A stretch of DNA of 64,000 nucleotides from Bacteroidales bacterium (GTDB lineage Bacteria > Bacteroidota > Bacteroidia > Bacteroidales > GCA-2748055): NCBI GenBank assembly GCA_021738565.1, contig JAIPBT010000017.1:15950-79949 (forward strand), in the 5' to 3' direction. Positions within the stretch are counted from its first letter, which is position 1. The number at the start of each line of letters is the position of its first letter. The translations under genes and the position numbers were made by a program. Under the pieces are notes generated by a model, which saw only the letters and a program-made list of their open reading frames with translations, was not told the origin of the DNA and did no database searches. Of the stretch, positions 21,361 through 31,922 are shown in pieces.

Positions 21361-22060
21361 ACCCTTGATTTTCCGGGTTCTGTTTTTCTTTTTTAAGTCC
21401 CCAGTTGATCAGCCTTACACCGATTATAAGCAAACCTGTCCACAATATTGCCAGTGCTGTGGTCATCAGTATATGACCCATGTTGATCCATGTAAAGGCA
21501 ATGACAACCGGACCGGCAAGGAAAGTGACCGATTGTCCGAAAAAGGGCAATTTCAATTCTCCGTACCCGGAAACACACAAGACAGTTGCATAAGCTCCAA
21601 ATGCAGTGATCCCGCTCATGAGAAGGAATTTTATCTGTTTTACAATGGTAAGGATCGTGTTGATTATTTCATCATCGGGTGCGGCCAGTAAATCGTTTTT
21701 GTCCTGCGCGATTTTTATGATCTCAAGTTCATTGATTCCAATAATGAAAAATGCAAAGGCCACGTATAGGATCATGGCGCCATTGAAGATATGGATACCT
21801 TTCTGAAACCTTTGAAAGAAAACCAGGTATACAGGGAGGTAAATCAGGTTGACACTTCCGGTGATCAACCACAGAATGGCACTGATCTTCAGCCTTCCAA
21901 GACTGTCGAGCATGAAATCGATATCATCCCCAATGTTCCCATGTGGTGTGGAAAAATTAAAACTCAACAGGAATGCCAGTAAGAATGAAATGATCGACAG
22001 GGTCAGAAAAAATCCTGTGATGATCTCAATCTTCCGGAATCTGCTTCGTTTTATAGACAT
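21338..22060 (-). CDS. Hypothetical multi-pass membrane protein (DUF4386-like)
   Basis: About six hydrophobic segments; family assignment is tentative. Confidence 0.6.
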   Translation of the reverse strand: MSIKRSRFRKIEIITGFFLTLSIISFLLAFLLSFNFSTPHGNIGDDIDFMLDSLGRLKISAILWLITGSVNLIYLPVYLVFFQRFQKGIHIFNGAMILYVAFAFFIIGINELEIIKIAQDKNDLLAAPDDEIINTILTIVKQIKFLLMSGITAFGAYATVLCVSGYGELKLPFFGQSVTFLAGPVVIAFTWINMGHILMTTALAILWTGLLIIGVRLINWGLKKEKQNPENQGFTPSSRP

Positions 22061-22141
22061 ATGGCGAATGTAATTAATATTTTAACTGAAAATCTTAACC
22101 GAACACAATTTTAGTTATTTTTGAGACACGATATTGAGCAT

Positions 22142-22597
22142 ATGAGGTACATTATCCTGGGTTTGTTTCTTGTATTGGGAGTGGCAGAAGTTTACGCACA
22201 AAGCGGTAGCCGTGGTGTACGGTCAGTAGATGCTTTGCAGAGTTTGAGGGAAAAGGAGATCGAGGGAAAATTGACACTGAAGCTGGATTCACTGATCGAA
22301 GATAACTATAACAAACACCTGGTGCAAAGCAGCAAGAAAACAGGAGTGAAGGGCTGGAGAATAAGGATCTTTTCTGACAATGGTTTCGGAGCAAAGGAAA
22401 ACCAGAAACGTGTGAAAGCCAATTTTCTTTCACTTTTTCCTGAAATATCCACCCACGACAGGTACGAGGGATCCTATTATAAGATATATGTGGGTGATTT
22501 CAGAACGAAACGTGAAGCTTTAGAGCAGTTGGAATCGATCAGAAAAAAATTCCCGGATGCCTTTATTGTTGAAGACAATATTATTATCGAGGAGTAA
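22142..22597 (+). CDS. Exported SPOR-domain protein
   Basis: Signal peptide from MRYII; GWRIRIFS...YKIYVGDFRTKREA...FPDAFIV. Confidence 0.85.
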   Translation: MRYIILGLFLVLGVAEVYAQSGSRGVRSVDALQSLREKEIEGKLTLKLDSLIEDNYNKHLVQSSKKTGVKGWRIRIFSDNGFGAKENQKRVKANFLSLFPEISTHDRYEGSYYKIYVGDFRTKREALEQLESIRKKFPDAFIVEDNIIIEE

Positions 22598-22621
22598 ATT
22601 CTCATTTTTCTGCATTGGCAT

Positions 22622-24523
22622 ATGAGTGATGAAATTAAACACAAGTGCGGGATAGCACTGATCCGTTTACTGAAACCCATTGAGTATTATCAGCTTAAAT
22701 ACGGGACCTGGAAATATGGTTTGCAGAAGCTGTATCTGTTGATGGAGAAGCAGAGGAACCGGGGACAGGATGGTGCCGGCCTGGTGAGTCTTAAATTTAA
22801 TGTTGCCCCCGGCCAGAAATATTTCAGCAGGTACCGGTCATCAGACAGCGATGCCATCAATGATATTTTCAAGCAGGTATATTCACAATTCAAAAAGGCT
22901 GAAAGAAAGTATCCCGGGTCATTCGATGATGCCAACTGGGCAAAAAACAACCTTCCTTTTGTATCGGAACTCTACCTGGGACATTTGCGGTATGGTACAT
23001 TTGGTAGCAATGCTTCCGAGAACCTGCACCCTGTAATGCGGCAAAACAACTGGAAAGCCAGGAACCTTGTTATAGCCGGGAACTTCAACCTTACCAATGT
23101 GGATGAGCTTTTCAACACACTTGTGGAGCTCGGACAATCACCCAAGGATTATAACGATACGGTTACCGTCCTTGAGAAAATAGGGCATTTTCTGGATAAG
23201 GAAAACCAGCAGTTGTTCGACAAATATAAGTCGGGAGGATATTCGAACCGTGCCATAAGCGACAGGATATCTGAAAATTTGAACGTGGCGAATATCCTGG
23301 CTGAAGCATCAAAAAGATGGGATGGAGGCTATGCCATTGCAGGGATGATCGGGAATGGGGATGCCTTTGTAATGCGTGACCCGTGGGGGATCAGACCTGC
23401 CTATTATTACCACGATGATGAAATTGCACTTGTAGCGTCGGAAAGGCCAGTTATACAAACTGTTATGAATCTGAAAGCCGACCAGGTTAAAGAAGTTGAA
23501 CCCGGTAAGGCCATTGTAATCAGGAAAGATGGCCAGGTGACACAGGAAACAGTCCGTGAACCATTCGAAAGGAGATCATGTTCCTTTGAAAGGATCTATT
23601 TTTCAAGGGGAAGTGATCGCAGCATCTACAAGGAGCGAAAAAAACTGGGAGAATTGCTTGTGCCCCCGATTGTGGAGGCGCTTGACGGTGATCTGGAAAA
23701 CACCGTTTTCTCATTTATTCCAAACACAGCTGAATCGGCATTTTACGGTATGGTTGCCGGTATAGAAGACCTGCTGATCGATCAGAAGATCAGGGAGATC
23801 AGGGCCGCCAACGGAACGCTTGAAGACGAGGAACTGGCAGCGATCATTTCCAGGCGCCCACGCGTGGAAAAGGTAGCCATAAAAGACATTAAGCTCCGTA
23901 CTTTCATTGCCCGGGACAAAGGCCGTAAGGACCTGGTAAATCATGTCTATGATATTACCTATGGGACGATCAGGAGGGGAGTTGATAACCTGGTGATCAT
24001 TGATGATTCCATTGTGAGAGGAACAACGTTGAAGCAAAGCATCATAAAGATCCTTGACAGGCTTGGGCCGAAACGAATTGTGGTGGTATCATCCTCTCCG
24101 CAGATCAGGTACCCGGATTGTTACGGTATTGATATGGCCCGGCTGGGAGATTTTATCGCTTTCCAGGCCGCGATTCAATTGCTGAAGGACGTTGGCAAGG
24201 AAAGTGTGATCAATGAGGTCTATAAGAAATCTGTTGCGCAAAAACACGAACCCAAGGAGGAGATCGTTAATTATGTGAAAGACATATACAGTCATTTTAC
24301 GGATGAACAGGTCTCCGATAAAATTGCCGTTCTGCTGAAGGCCCCCGAGGTTGAATCTGAGATAAAGATCGTATATCAAAGTATTGAAAATCTGCATATT
24401 GCCTGTCCTAATGACCTGGGTGACTGGTATTTCACGGGCAATTATCCCACCCCGGGCGGAAACAAGGTGGTCAATACTTCATTTATCAATTACATCGAAG
24501 GGATCAGTGCTCGTGCTTATTGA
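22622..24523 (+). CDS. purF: Amidophosphoribosyltransferase, long Bacteroidota type
   Basis: N-terminal CGIA, RGQDGAG, GHLRYGT, CSFERIYFSR and PRPP loop IIDDSIVRGTT. Confidence 0.92.
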   Translation: MSDEIKHKCGIALIRLLKPIEYYQLKYGTWKYGLQKLYLLMEKQRNRGQDGAGLVSLKFNVAPGQKYFSRYRSSDSDAINDIFKQVYSQFKKAERKYPGSFDDANWAKNNLPFVSELYLGHLRYGTFGSNASENLHPVMRQNNWKARNLVIAGNFNLTNVDELFNTLVELGQSPKDYNDTVTVLEKIGHFLDKENQQLFDKYKSGGYSNRAISDRISENLNVANILAEASKRWDGGYAIAGMIGNGDAFVMRDPWGIRPAYYYHDDEIALVASERPVIQTVMNLKADQVKEVEPGKAIVIRKDGQVTQETVREPFERRSCSFERIYFSRGSDRSIYKERKKLGELLVPPIVEALDGDLENTVFSFIPNTAESAFYGMVAGIEDLLIDQKIREIRAANGTLEDEELAAIISRRPRVEKVAIKDIKLRTFIARDKGRKDLVNHVYDITYGTIRRGVDNLVIIDDSIVRGTTLKQSIIKILDRLGPKRIVVVSSSPQIRYPDCYGIDMARLGDFIAFQAAIQLLKDVGKESVINEVYKKSVAQKHEPKEEIVNYVKDIYSHFTDEQVSDKIAVLLKAPEVESEIKIVYQSIENLHIACPNDLGDWYFTGNYPTPGGNKVVNTSFINYIEGISARAY

Positions 24524-25529
24524 ATTTGAACCTTTTGTATAATGCGTTCAGTTTGGTATTCCTGATGCTGATGTTGCTTATCCTCCTCAGGTTTTTGGGT
24601 ACGTAATTTGAAAGGTGTCTTTCTACTTTACTCTTGTACAGATCATTGACCGTGATCATGATCCCTGTCTCCTCAACATCCCCAAAGCTGTGGTTCAGAA
24701 CGGTTCCGAATGACCTCATTGAGGGAGAAAGACTCATGTATGCATTGATGAGGGGAGGAATGGTTTCTCCCAGTGCCCTGACTTCCCGGGAAAGTATTTT
24801 GTAGTCTTCAATATAATCCTTCCCTGTGAATATTGAATTCAGTTTGTCCTGGTCGGTCACGACCCTGAGCGGTTCCCTGGGTACAACAAGCTTGTCTTTG
24901 TCGGGAAAGTGTTTGTGGAGAAAGAACAGGATCATATCCCTTGCTTCCTGGTGGTAGTGCAGGTACATGGTCACTTTACCGAAGAAATATTTTGTATCAG
25001 GGTGATCCAGTACCAGTGTTCCGAGTCCATCCCATAAATTATCAAGCGAATACAGACCTTTTCTTTTTAAATTGGTAGATTGATACATCGGTTGAACAAA
25101 TGATCTGCCCAGTTCGATCATGTGCGGAAGATAGTTTTTCCTGAATTCATCTGAAAAATTAAACAGTTTTGAAGTTGCAAGTCTCTTTTCTCCTATATCG
25201 CTGCTGCATGTATTTGAATTACAGATCAGGAACCTGTAACCGCCAAGGATTTCCTGCTGATCAGGGTCCCACACGATCAATTGCTCATATGCATTTTCCC
25301 CGGTATCGAAATCATCCAGGTCGCAATCCTTGCCTGTGCCTCCACCGGCCGTCCGGAAAGCCACTTCGCGGAGGCGGCCGATTTCCCTTAAGACGTTGGG
25401 AGCGTTGTTCCCGTTAATGATATAGAGCAGGTTGCCCGCTTTATTGGTCTTGCGAACAAAGCGATCTCCTGTTAATTCTTCGAGAATGAGTTTCCGGTTA
25501 ATTGGAGGAATGATGCGTTGCATGTTCAT
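24504..25529 (-). CDS. glsB: GNAT-fold N-acyltransferase, GlsB/ChoA-like (glycine lipid synthesis)
   Basis: EIGRLREVAFR, QLIVWDP, IELGRSFV, LDNLWDGLG and PPLINAYM motifs; paired with a PlsC-like gene divergent from mraZ, as in Bacteroides. Confidence 0.75.
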   Translation of the reverse strand: MNMQRIIPPINRKLILEELTGDRFVRKTNKAGNLLYIINGNNAPNVLREIGRLREVAFRTAGGGTGKDCDLDDFDTGENAYEQLIVWDPDQQEILGGYRFLICNSNTCSSDIGEKRLATSKLFNFSDEFRKNYLPHMIELGRSFVQPMYQSTNLKRKGLYSLDNLWDGLGTLVLDHPDTKYFFGKVTMYLHYHQEARDMILFFLHKHFPDKDKLVVPREPLRVVTDQDKLNSIFTGKDYIEDYKILSREVRALGETIPPLINAYMSLSPSMRSFGTVLNHSFGDVEETGIMITVNDLYKSKVERHLSNYVPKNLRRISNISIRNTKLNALYKRFKFNKHEH

Positions 25530-25544
25530 AGCTGGTACATATTA

Positions 25545-26408
25545 TTAATCTTCCATAAACGACTGTTCGATATTGTTTTCAAGCCTGTAACAGTGTTGTT
25601 TCATTTTTTCGGCCCATTCAATGGGTTTGTAACGCTTGTCAAATGTTTTGTAACCGACAGGCTTTCCGATTTTTATATTATAATGCCCGTTCCTGTGTTT
25701 AAAGGTTTCTCGCGGCAGGAGGAACATCTCCAGGTTTGACTTGATGCCCAGTTTTTTCCGGAGATTGGCAATTTTGTAAAAGAAATCAGAACACCTTCCG
25801 GAAAAGTGAATGGGGATTATATCCCGTTTGTACTGAACAGCCTTTGTAATAAAGTTTTTCTTCCATTCAGGGTCCTCAATCTTACCTTTTTTTCTTCTTG
25901 ATACCAGGCCGGCAGGGAATGTCATCACATGGTTTTCAGATCGAAAAATCTCATCAATCCGTTTCACGTTTTCCATTGCCTGGACGCCATGTTTGTTAAC
26001 AGGTACAAATATACCATCCATATTCTTTATATTCAAAAGGATATCATTAACAAGCACTTTGTACTTCCTGTTGTATCTTTCCCCAATCTCTCTGATCAGC
26101 AAAACCCCGTCAAATCCACCCAGGGGATGGTTGGAAACGAAAATGAACGGTCCCCCTTGCGGCAGGTGATGTTCCCCTTCCAGGTCAACGGTCACATCAA
26201 ACATCTCGATGGAGGCATCCGCAAATTCAAAATCCCGCTTATCTCCGTGCAGCCTTAATATCTCGTTGATGTAATCAAGCGCCAGCATGTTGTGTATGAA
26301 TCGATAGATAAATCCGGGTATCAGCGGTGCCAGACGAGGATTCTTCTCCTTAAAGACATCCTTGATATCAATGGGCCTGATCGGTTCATTTGTTTGCTTA
26401 CCTGTCAT
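25545..26408 (-). CDS. glsA: PlsC-like O-acyltransferase, GlsA-like
   Basis: NHPLGGFDG and FPAGLVSR motifs; operon with the glsB-like gene. Confidence 0.75.
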   Translation of the reverse strand: MTGKQTNEPIRPIDIKDVFKEKNPRLAPLIPGFIYRFIHNMLALDYINEILRLHGDKRDFEFADASIEMFDVTVDLEGEHHLPQGGPFIFVSNHPLGGFDGVLLIREIGERYNRKYKVLVNDILLNIKNMDGIFVPVNKHGVQAMENVKRIDEIFRSENHVMTFPAGLVSRRKKGKIEDPEWKKNFITKAVQYKRDIIPIHFSGRCSDFFYKIANLRKKLGIKSNLEMFLLPRETFKHRNGHYNIKIGKPVGYKTFDKRYKPIEWAEKMKQHCYRLENNIEQSFMED

Positions 26409-26532
26409 TTTTCCTGGCTTAAGTATTTGACCTCCGGAAGGGCAAAATTACCAAAAAATACAGAAACATACCCAAATAATTGAAACGGCTGATGAACAGT
26501 GAGATGTTTTAATAGGTATAAAAGTTATTAAC

Positions 26533-26570
26533 AAAGTGGGAAAAAGTGGGGCAAAATGGCATAAAGTGGG
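26533..26570 (+). promoter_or_regulatory. MraZ-binding (dcw) boxes
   Basis: AAAGTGGG, AAAGTGGG, AAAATGGC, AAAGTGGG at exact 10-bp spacing upstream of mraZ. Confidence 0.88.
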
Positions 26571-26609
26571 AATTTTTGTATAAATTTACCTCTTAATTAT
26601 AGAACAGGC

Positions 26610-27074
26610 ATGATCATTTTCATCGGGGATTATACGGTTAGGCTTGACGCCAAGGGGCGGCTCTCTTTTCCATCTGCATTCAAGCGGCAGATGAAGGATG
26701 CAGCCGGTGAAGGCTTTGTACTTAAGCGGGATGTATTTGAGAAGTGCCTGATACTGTATCCCATGGAAGAGTGGGAGAGACAAAATGCCATGATCAGGAA
26801 AAAAACGAATCCTTACAATAAAGAGCATGCGAGGTTTCTGAGAATGTTTTACTCGGGCACAGCGGAACTGTATCTGGATGCAAGCAACAGGATGCTGGTT
26901 CCCAAAAGATTGCTGGATGTTGCAGGAATACGTGATGAAGTGGTGCTTGCGGGACAGTCCGGACGCATCGAGTTATGGGCTGCTTCAGCGTATGAAAAAG
27001 TGAGCAGGGCAGATGAGGATTTTGCTGCTATGGCAGAAAAAATATTAGGTGGATCATCGAATGAACCAGAGTAA
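26610..27074 (+). CDS. mraZ: Transcriptional regulator MraZ
   Basis: LDAKGRLSFP and LDASNRMLVP motifs; first gene of the dcw cluster. Confidence 0.95.
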   Translation: MIIFIGDYTVRLDAKGRLSFPSAFKRQMKDAAGEGFVLKRDVFEKCLILYPMEEWERQNAMIRKKTNPYNKEHARFLRMFYSGTAELYLDASNRMLVPKRLLDVAGIRDEVVLAGQSGRIELWAASAYEKVSRADEDFAAMAEKILGGSSNEPE

Positions 27075-27075
27075 T

Positions 27076-27975
27076 ATGGCTTACCACAGGCCTGTGTTAT
27101 TGAATGAAAGTATAGATGGATTGAATATACAACCAAAAGGAGTCTACATCGACCTTACTTTTGGAGGTGGAGGTCACGCTCTCCGTATACTGGAAAATCT
27201 GGATAAAAAAGGCAGGCTCATTGCATTTGACCAGGACCCTGATGCAGGGAAAAACATTCCCAACGACAAGCGTCTCATTTTTGTGCAGTCAAACTTTCGC
27301 TACCTGAGAAATTTTTTGAGGTATCATGAAATATCAATTGTGAACGGGATACTGGCTGACCTGGGTATTTCATCATACCAGATTGACCAGCCGGAAAGGG
27401 GATTTTCCTTCCGCTCCGATGCTCCGCTGGATATGAGGATGAACCCCGCTTCAGGAAAAAATGCTGTTCATGTGATCAATGATTACAGTGAAAAGGATCT
27501 CAACAGGATATTCAGGCAATACGGGGAGGTAAAGAATGCAAGCCGGGTGGTGAAAGCGATCATTAAAGCCAGGGAACAAAAGCCGGTCAGATCCAGTTCG
27601 CAGCTTGCAGAAGCATTGAAAGAACTGGCTCCCGGAGACAAAAGATCAAAATTCTTTGCAAGGATCTACCAGGCTGTCCGGATTGAAGTGAATGATGAGA
27701 TGGGAGCATTGAAGGATATGCTGTTGCAGACAAGTCAAATCATGTCAAAGGGAGGAAGACTTGTGATCATTACCTACCATTCCATAGAAGACAGGTTGGT
27801 AAAGAATTTCATGAAAACGGGAAATACCGAAGGGGAGTTGAAAAAGGACTTTTTTGGCAATCCTGAAACTCCCTGGAAACTGGTCAACAGGAATGTGATT
27901 GTTCCTTCTGAGAAGGAATGCCTTGAAAACAAACGGGCACGAAGTGCGAAACTTCGGGTCGCAGAAAGAATATAA
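27076..27975 (+). CDS. rsmH: 16S rRNA m4C1402 methyltransferase
   Basis: HRPVLL, DLTFGGGGH, DLGISS and RARSAKLR motifs; start may instead be 27061. Confidence 0.96.
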   Translation: MAYHRPVLLNESIDGLNIQPKGVYIDLTFGGGGHALRILENLDKKGRLIAFDQDPDAGKNIPNDKRLIFVQSNFRYLRNFLRYHEISIVNGILADLGISSYQIDQPERGFSFRSDAPLDMRMNPASGKNAVHVINDYSEKDLNRIFRQYGEVKNASRVVKAIIKAREQKPVRSSSQLAEALKELAPGDKRSKFFARIYQAVRIEVNDEMGALKDMLLQTSQIMSKGGRLVIITYHSIEDRLVKNFMKTGNTEGELKKDFFGNPETPWKLVNRNVIVPSEKECLENKRARSAKLRVAERI

Positions 27976-28353
27976 ATGAACAGGGACAGGCGGAACATAG
28001 AATTTGACGAGCGTAAAGAGGAAAGAGGAAAGCAGTTTACTTTCCGTAGCCTTATCGACGGAAATGTTTTGACGCAGAAATCCGTTCAAAAACAGGCTCC
28101 CTATCTTGTTTTGCTGGTGATCATATCCCTGCTGATGATCGCCAACCGGAACCATGCAGAAAAACTGGTGATCCGGACAAATGCCCTGCAGACTGAGGTA
28201 AAAGAACTGCGATCTCATGCCATAACAACCTCCTCGGAACTGATGAAGGTGAGCAGGCAGACAACTGTGGAGGTAATGGTAAAATCGCGGGGGCTTGGTT
28301 TGGAAGAGAACAGGGAGCCATTAAAGAAGCTAACAATTGAAGAGAACAACTGA
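27976..28353 (+). CDS. ftsL: FtsL-like cell division protein
   Basis: Single TM plus coiled coil, between rsmH and the PBP gene. Confidence 0.8.
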   Translation: MNRDRRNIEFDERKEERGKQFTFRSLIDGNVLTQKSVQKQAPYLVLLVIISLLMIANRNHAEKLVIRTNALQTEVKELRSHAITTSSELMKVSRQTTVEVMVKSRGLGLEENREPLKKLTIEENN

Positions 28354-30470
28354 TGTCGTTGAAAAGAGACATATTGACCCGGGTCAGCCTGGTATACTTT
28401 GTAATGGTATTGTTTGCCCTCGCCATACTTGGTAAGTTGTTTTATCTGCAACTGGTTGATAAGGATCGTTGGCAACGGGCAGAGACCAGCAGTATTACCT
28501 ATAGGACCATTGAGCCCAACAGGGGAAACATCTATTCCACGGAGGGAAGATTGCTGGCCGTTTCAGTTCCCTATTACGAGATCAGGATGGATATGAAAAG
28601 CGAGGCGTTTACCCGCGGTATCTTTGATCGCAATGTAGATTCTCTTTCCATTAAACTCGCGGAAATGTTCGGGGACCATCACTGGACCTATTACAAGCAG
28701 AATCTTGTAAGGGCCAGGGAGAAAGGGAACCGTTATTACCTTGTAAAAAGTGACATTACGTATGATCAGCTTCAGCAGTTAAAGGAATTTCCAATATTCC
28801 GGTTGGGCAGGTATGAAGGAGGAACCATTTTTATTCAGCAGAACCGGCGGATCAGACCGCATGGACTGCTTGCTGCCAGGACCATAGGCTATACGATGCA
28901 AGGGGACATTGGTAATGTGGTTGGTTTTGAAGGGGCCTACGACAATGAGCTTTCAGGCGTGGAAGGATACCGCCTGATGCAAAAGATACCCGGAGGCAAC
29001 TGGATGCCTGTGAATGACAAAAATGAGATTGAACCCCGGGACGGATATGATATTGTAACAACCATAGATATAGAATTGCAGGATGCAGCTGAATATGCGC
29101 TTTTGATGCAGCTGCAAAAACATGAAGCAGACCATGGTTCCGTGGTTGTGATGGAGGTCGGGACCGGCAAGGTGCGTGCGATTGCCAACCTGGGTAAAGC
29201 GGAAGACGGTGAGTACCGGGAAGATTACAACTATGCCATAGGTGAAAGCACGGAACCCGGTTCAACATTCAAACTGGCTTCTGCAATAGCGCTGCTTGAG
29301 GACGGACTGGTGGATCCGGAGGATATTGTTGATGTAGGTGAAGGTGTGGTCTATTACAACGACCTGCGCCTTGAAGACAGTGGAGCTGAAGGCCTTGGAA
29401 AGATCTCTTTCCGCAAGGCATTTGAAGCTTCATCCAATGTGGGAATTTCAAAGTTGGTAAATGAGCATTATGGCAAGAAGCCATCAGCATTCATTGACAG
29501 GCTATACCGGTTGGGACTGAACAGGAAGCTGGGGATCGAGATCAAAGGTGAAGGCACCCCCGACATAAAATATACCGACAGCCCATTCTGGTCAGCCGTT
29601 TCATTACCAATGATATCAATCGGCTACGAGGTCCGCCTTACACCCCTGCAAATGTTGACATTTTACAATGCCATAGCAAATGACGGCAAGATGGTGAAGC
29701 CTCAGTTCATTGAAGAGATCCGTGACCATGGGAAGACGATCAGGGAATTCGACAAGGAGGTGATCAATCATAAGATCTGTTCCGACAAGACACTCGGTAC
29801 AATAAAAGAGATGCTTGAAGGTGTTGTTGAGACAGGTACCGCGAAAAACCTGCGCAATTCCTATTACAAAATTGCAGGAAAAACAGGCACCTGTCAGATC
29901 GCTGACGCAAAACACGGGTACACCCAGGGAAGGTACCAGGCCTCATTTGCTGGATATTTCCCTGCCGGGGACCCCAGGTATTCGTGCATCGTGGTGATAA
30001 GTTCTCCCTCCAGGTTGGTTTACTACGGCAACCTGGTTGCAGGTCCGATCTTTAGGGAGATTACGGATAAAATATATGTACAGGACCTGAACATGCAGCG
30101 TGAAGAAAGAAGGGAGATCCTGGCAACGGATCATTCGGTTCCCTACTCAAAAAGCGGGTACACCCCTGAATTAAAGTCCTCCCTGGATTACCTGGGCATC
30201 CCTTACGAATTCAGTAACGATGAGTCTGAATGGGTAAGAACCCGGAGTACCGGTGCAAACATATTGCTGCGAAGCTCAGATGTCAATTCATTGTATCTCC
30301 CTGACGTGAAAGACATGGGGGCAAAGGACGCTGTGTTCCTGCTGGAGAATTTGGGATTGGAGGTTCATTTGAATGGACGGGGCACTGTCAGAGCACAGGT
30401 CCCCCTGCCAGGTACTTTGCTGAGAAATGTAAAGCAGGTTGAACTTAAAATGAGTATTACAGAAGGATGA
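28353..30470 (+). CDS. ftsI: Class B penicillin-binding protein with PASTA domain
   Basis: EPGSTFK, SSN and KTGT motifs. Confidence 0.93.
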   Translation: MSLKRDILTRVSLVYFVMVLFALAILGKLFYLQLVDKDRWQRAETSSITYRTIEPNRGNIYSTEGRLLAVSVPYYEIRMDMKSEAFTRGIFDRNVDSLSIKLAEMFGDHHWTYYKQNLVRAREKGNRYYLVKSDITYDQLQQLKEFPIFRLGRYEGGTIFIQQNRRIRPHGLLAARTIGYTMQGDIGNVVGFEGAYDNELSGVEGYRLMQKIPGGNWMPVNDKNEIEPRDGYDIVTTIDIELQDAAEYALLMQLQKHEADHGSVVVMEVGTGKVRAIANLGKAEDGEYREDYNYAIGESTEPGSTFKLASAIALLEDGLVDPEDIVDVGEGVVYYNDLRLEDSGAEGLGKISFRKAFEASSNVGISKLVNEHYGKKPSAFIDRLYRLGLNRKLGIEIKGEGTPDIKYTDSPFWSAVSLPMISIGYEVRLTPLQMLTFYNAIANDGKMVKPQFIEEIRDHGKTIREFDKEVINHKICSDKTLGTIKEMLEGVVETGTAKNLRNSYYKIAGKTGTCQIADAKHGYTQGRYQASFAGYFPAGDPRYSCIVVISSPSRLVYYGNLVAGPIFREITDKIYVQDLNMQREERREILATDHSVPYSKSGYTPELKSSLDYLGIPYEFSNDESEWVRTRSTGANILLRSSDVNSLYLPDVKDMGAKDAVFLLENLGLEVHLNGRGTVRAQVPLPGTLLRNVKQVELKMSITEG

Positions 30471-31918
30471 AATTGAGCCAACTCATACAACACCTTGATG
30501 TAATCGGTATCAAAGGAGATACGGAAAGGGAGGTCTCTGCTGTAACATTCAATTCCAGGGAAGCCGGAAAGGACACTCTTTTTGTTGCCATCCGGGGATA
30601 TTCAGCTGACGGGCATGATTTTATTGACCAGGCAGTATTGGCGGGAGCAAGCGTGGTGATCTGTGAAGATTTACCAGCGGAGATAAGAGAAAAGCATACG
30701 TATATCAGGGTTCCGGATTCACGGCTCGCCTTATCCCTGTTGGCATGTGCCTGGTATGGCCATCCTTCCGGGGAGATTAAACTGGTTGGGGTTACCGGGA
30801 CCAATGGAAAAACGACCATAGCCACCTTATTATATAAGGTCAATACCGGCCTTGGTTTCAAGGCCGGTATTTTATCAACCATCGGGGTGATCATCGATGG
30901 TCAATCTTACCCTGCTTCCCATACCACTCCGGATCCTTTAGAGATCAATCAAAGGCTCAGGAAAATGGTGGATGCAGGATGCAACTATTGTTTTATGGAA
31001 GTGTCGTCCCACGCGCTCAGTCAGCACAGGACAGGTGGGCTGGCATTCACTGGTGGGATATTCTCAAACATAACACACGACCACCTTGATTACCATAAAG
31101 ATTTCAGGGAATACCTTGAAGCAAAGCGGTCATTTTTTGACCGGCTGGGGGAGGATGCATTTGCCATCAGCAATGCAGATGATAAGAATGGAAAGGTAAT
31201 GCTGCAAGGATGCAGGGCCGGGAAATATCTCTACAGCCTGCAAAGTATGGCCGATTTCAGGGGGAAGGTTATGGAGGTTGATTTTGCGGGCATGCGAATG
31301 GAGATCGATGGAAAGGAACTATGGGTAAGACTTATAGGAAGATTCAATGCATACAATGTCATGGCAGTATATGCTGCATCAGTGCTGCTGGGGCATAACA
31401 GGGAAGAAATAATGAAGGAGATCAGCAATGCTTCTGCAGCAGAAGGACGGTTTGAGACCATTCGGGGCAAGCAGGGGATTATTGCAGTGATCGATTATGC
31501 CCATACCGATGATGCTGTTAAAAATGTTCTGGAGACCATACATGAAATCAATAGGGAAGGCAGAAAGATAATAACGGTTATAGGTGCAGGAGGAGACAGG
31601 GACAGATCAAAGCGGGCAAAAATGGGGGCTGTTGTTGTACGGTTCAGTGATAAGGTAATTTTTACATCCGATAATCCCCGGTCTGAGGATCCATTGGCTA
31701 TCATGAATGAAATGGAGCATGGAGTCCCGGGGGAAAGAAGGTCAGACATACTTAAAATTGCCGACAGGGAAGAAGCCATAAAAACTGCCTGCATGCTTGC
31801 TGAACGTGATTCGGTTATCCTGGTGGCAGGAAAGGGGCATGAGAAATACCAGGAGATCAAAGATGAGCGTCGGCACTTTGATGATAAAGAAGTTGTTACA
31901 AAATATTTAAAACAATAG
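30467..31918 (+). CDS. murE: UDP-MurNAc-tripeptide synthetase (mDAP-type)
   Basis: [20 protein letters not shown] and GKGHE motifs. Confidence 0.96.
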   Translation: MKLSQLIQHLDVIGIKGDTEREVSAVTFNSREAGKDTLFVAIRGYSADGHDFIDQAVLAGASVVICEDLPAEIREKHTYIRVPDSRLALSLLACAWYGHPSGEIKLVGVTGTNGKTTIATLLYKVNTGLGFKAGILSTIGVIIDGQSYPASHTTPDPLEINQRLRKMVDAGCNYCFMEVSSHALSQHRTGGLAFTGGIFSNITHDHLDYHKDFREYLEAKRSFFDRLGEDAFAISNADDKNGKVMLQGCRAGKYLYSLQSMADFRGKVMEVDFAGMRMEIDGKELWVRLIGRFNAYNVMAVYAASVLLGHNREEIMKEISNASAAEGRFETIRGKQGIIAVIDYAHTDDAVKNVLETIHEINREGRKIITVIGAGGDRDRSKRAKMGAVVVRFSDKVIFTSDNPRSEDPLAIMNEMEHGVPGERRSDILKIADREEAIKTACMLAERDSVILVAGKGHEKYQEIKDERRHFDDKEVVTKYLKQ

Positions 31919-31922
31919 GATA

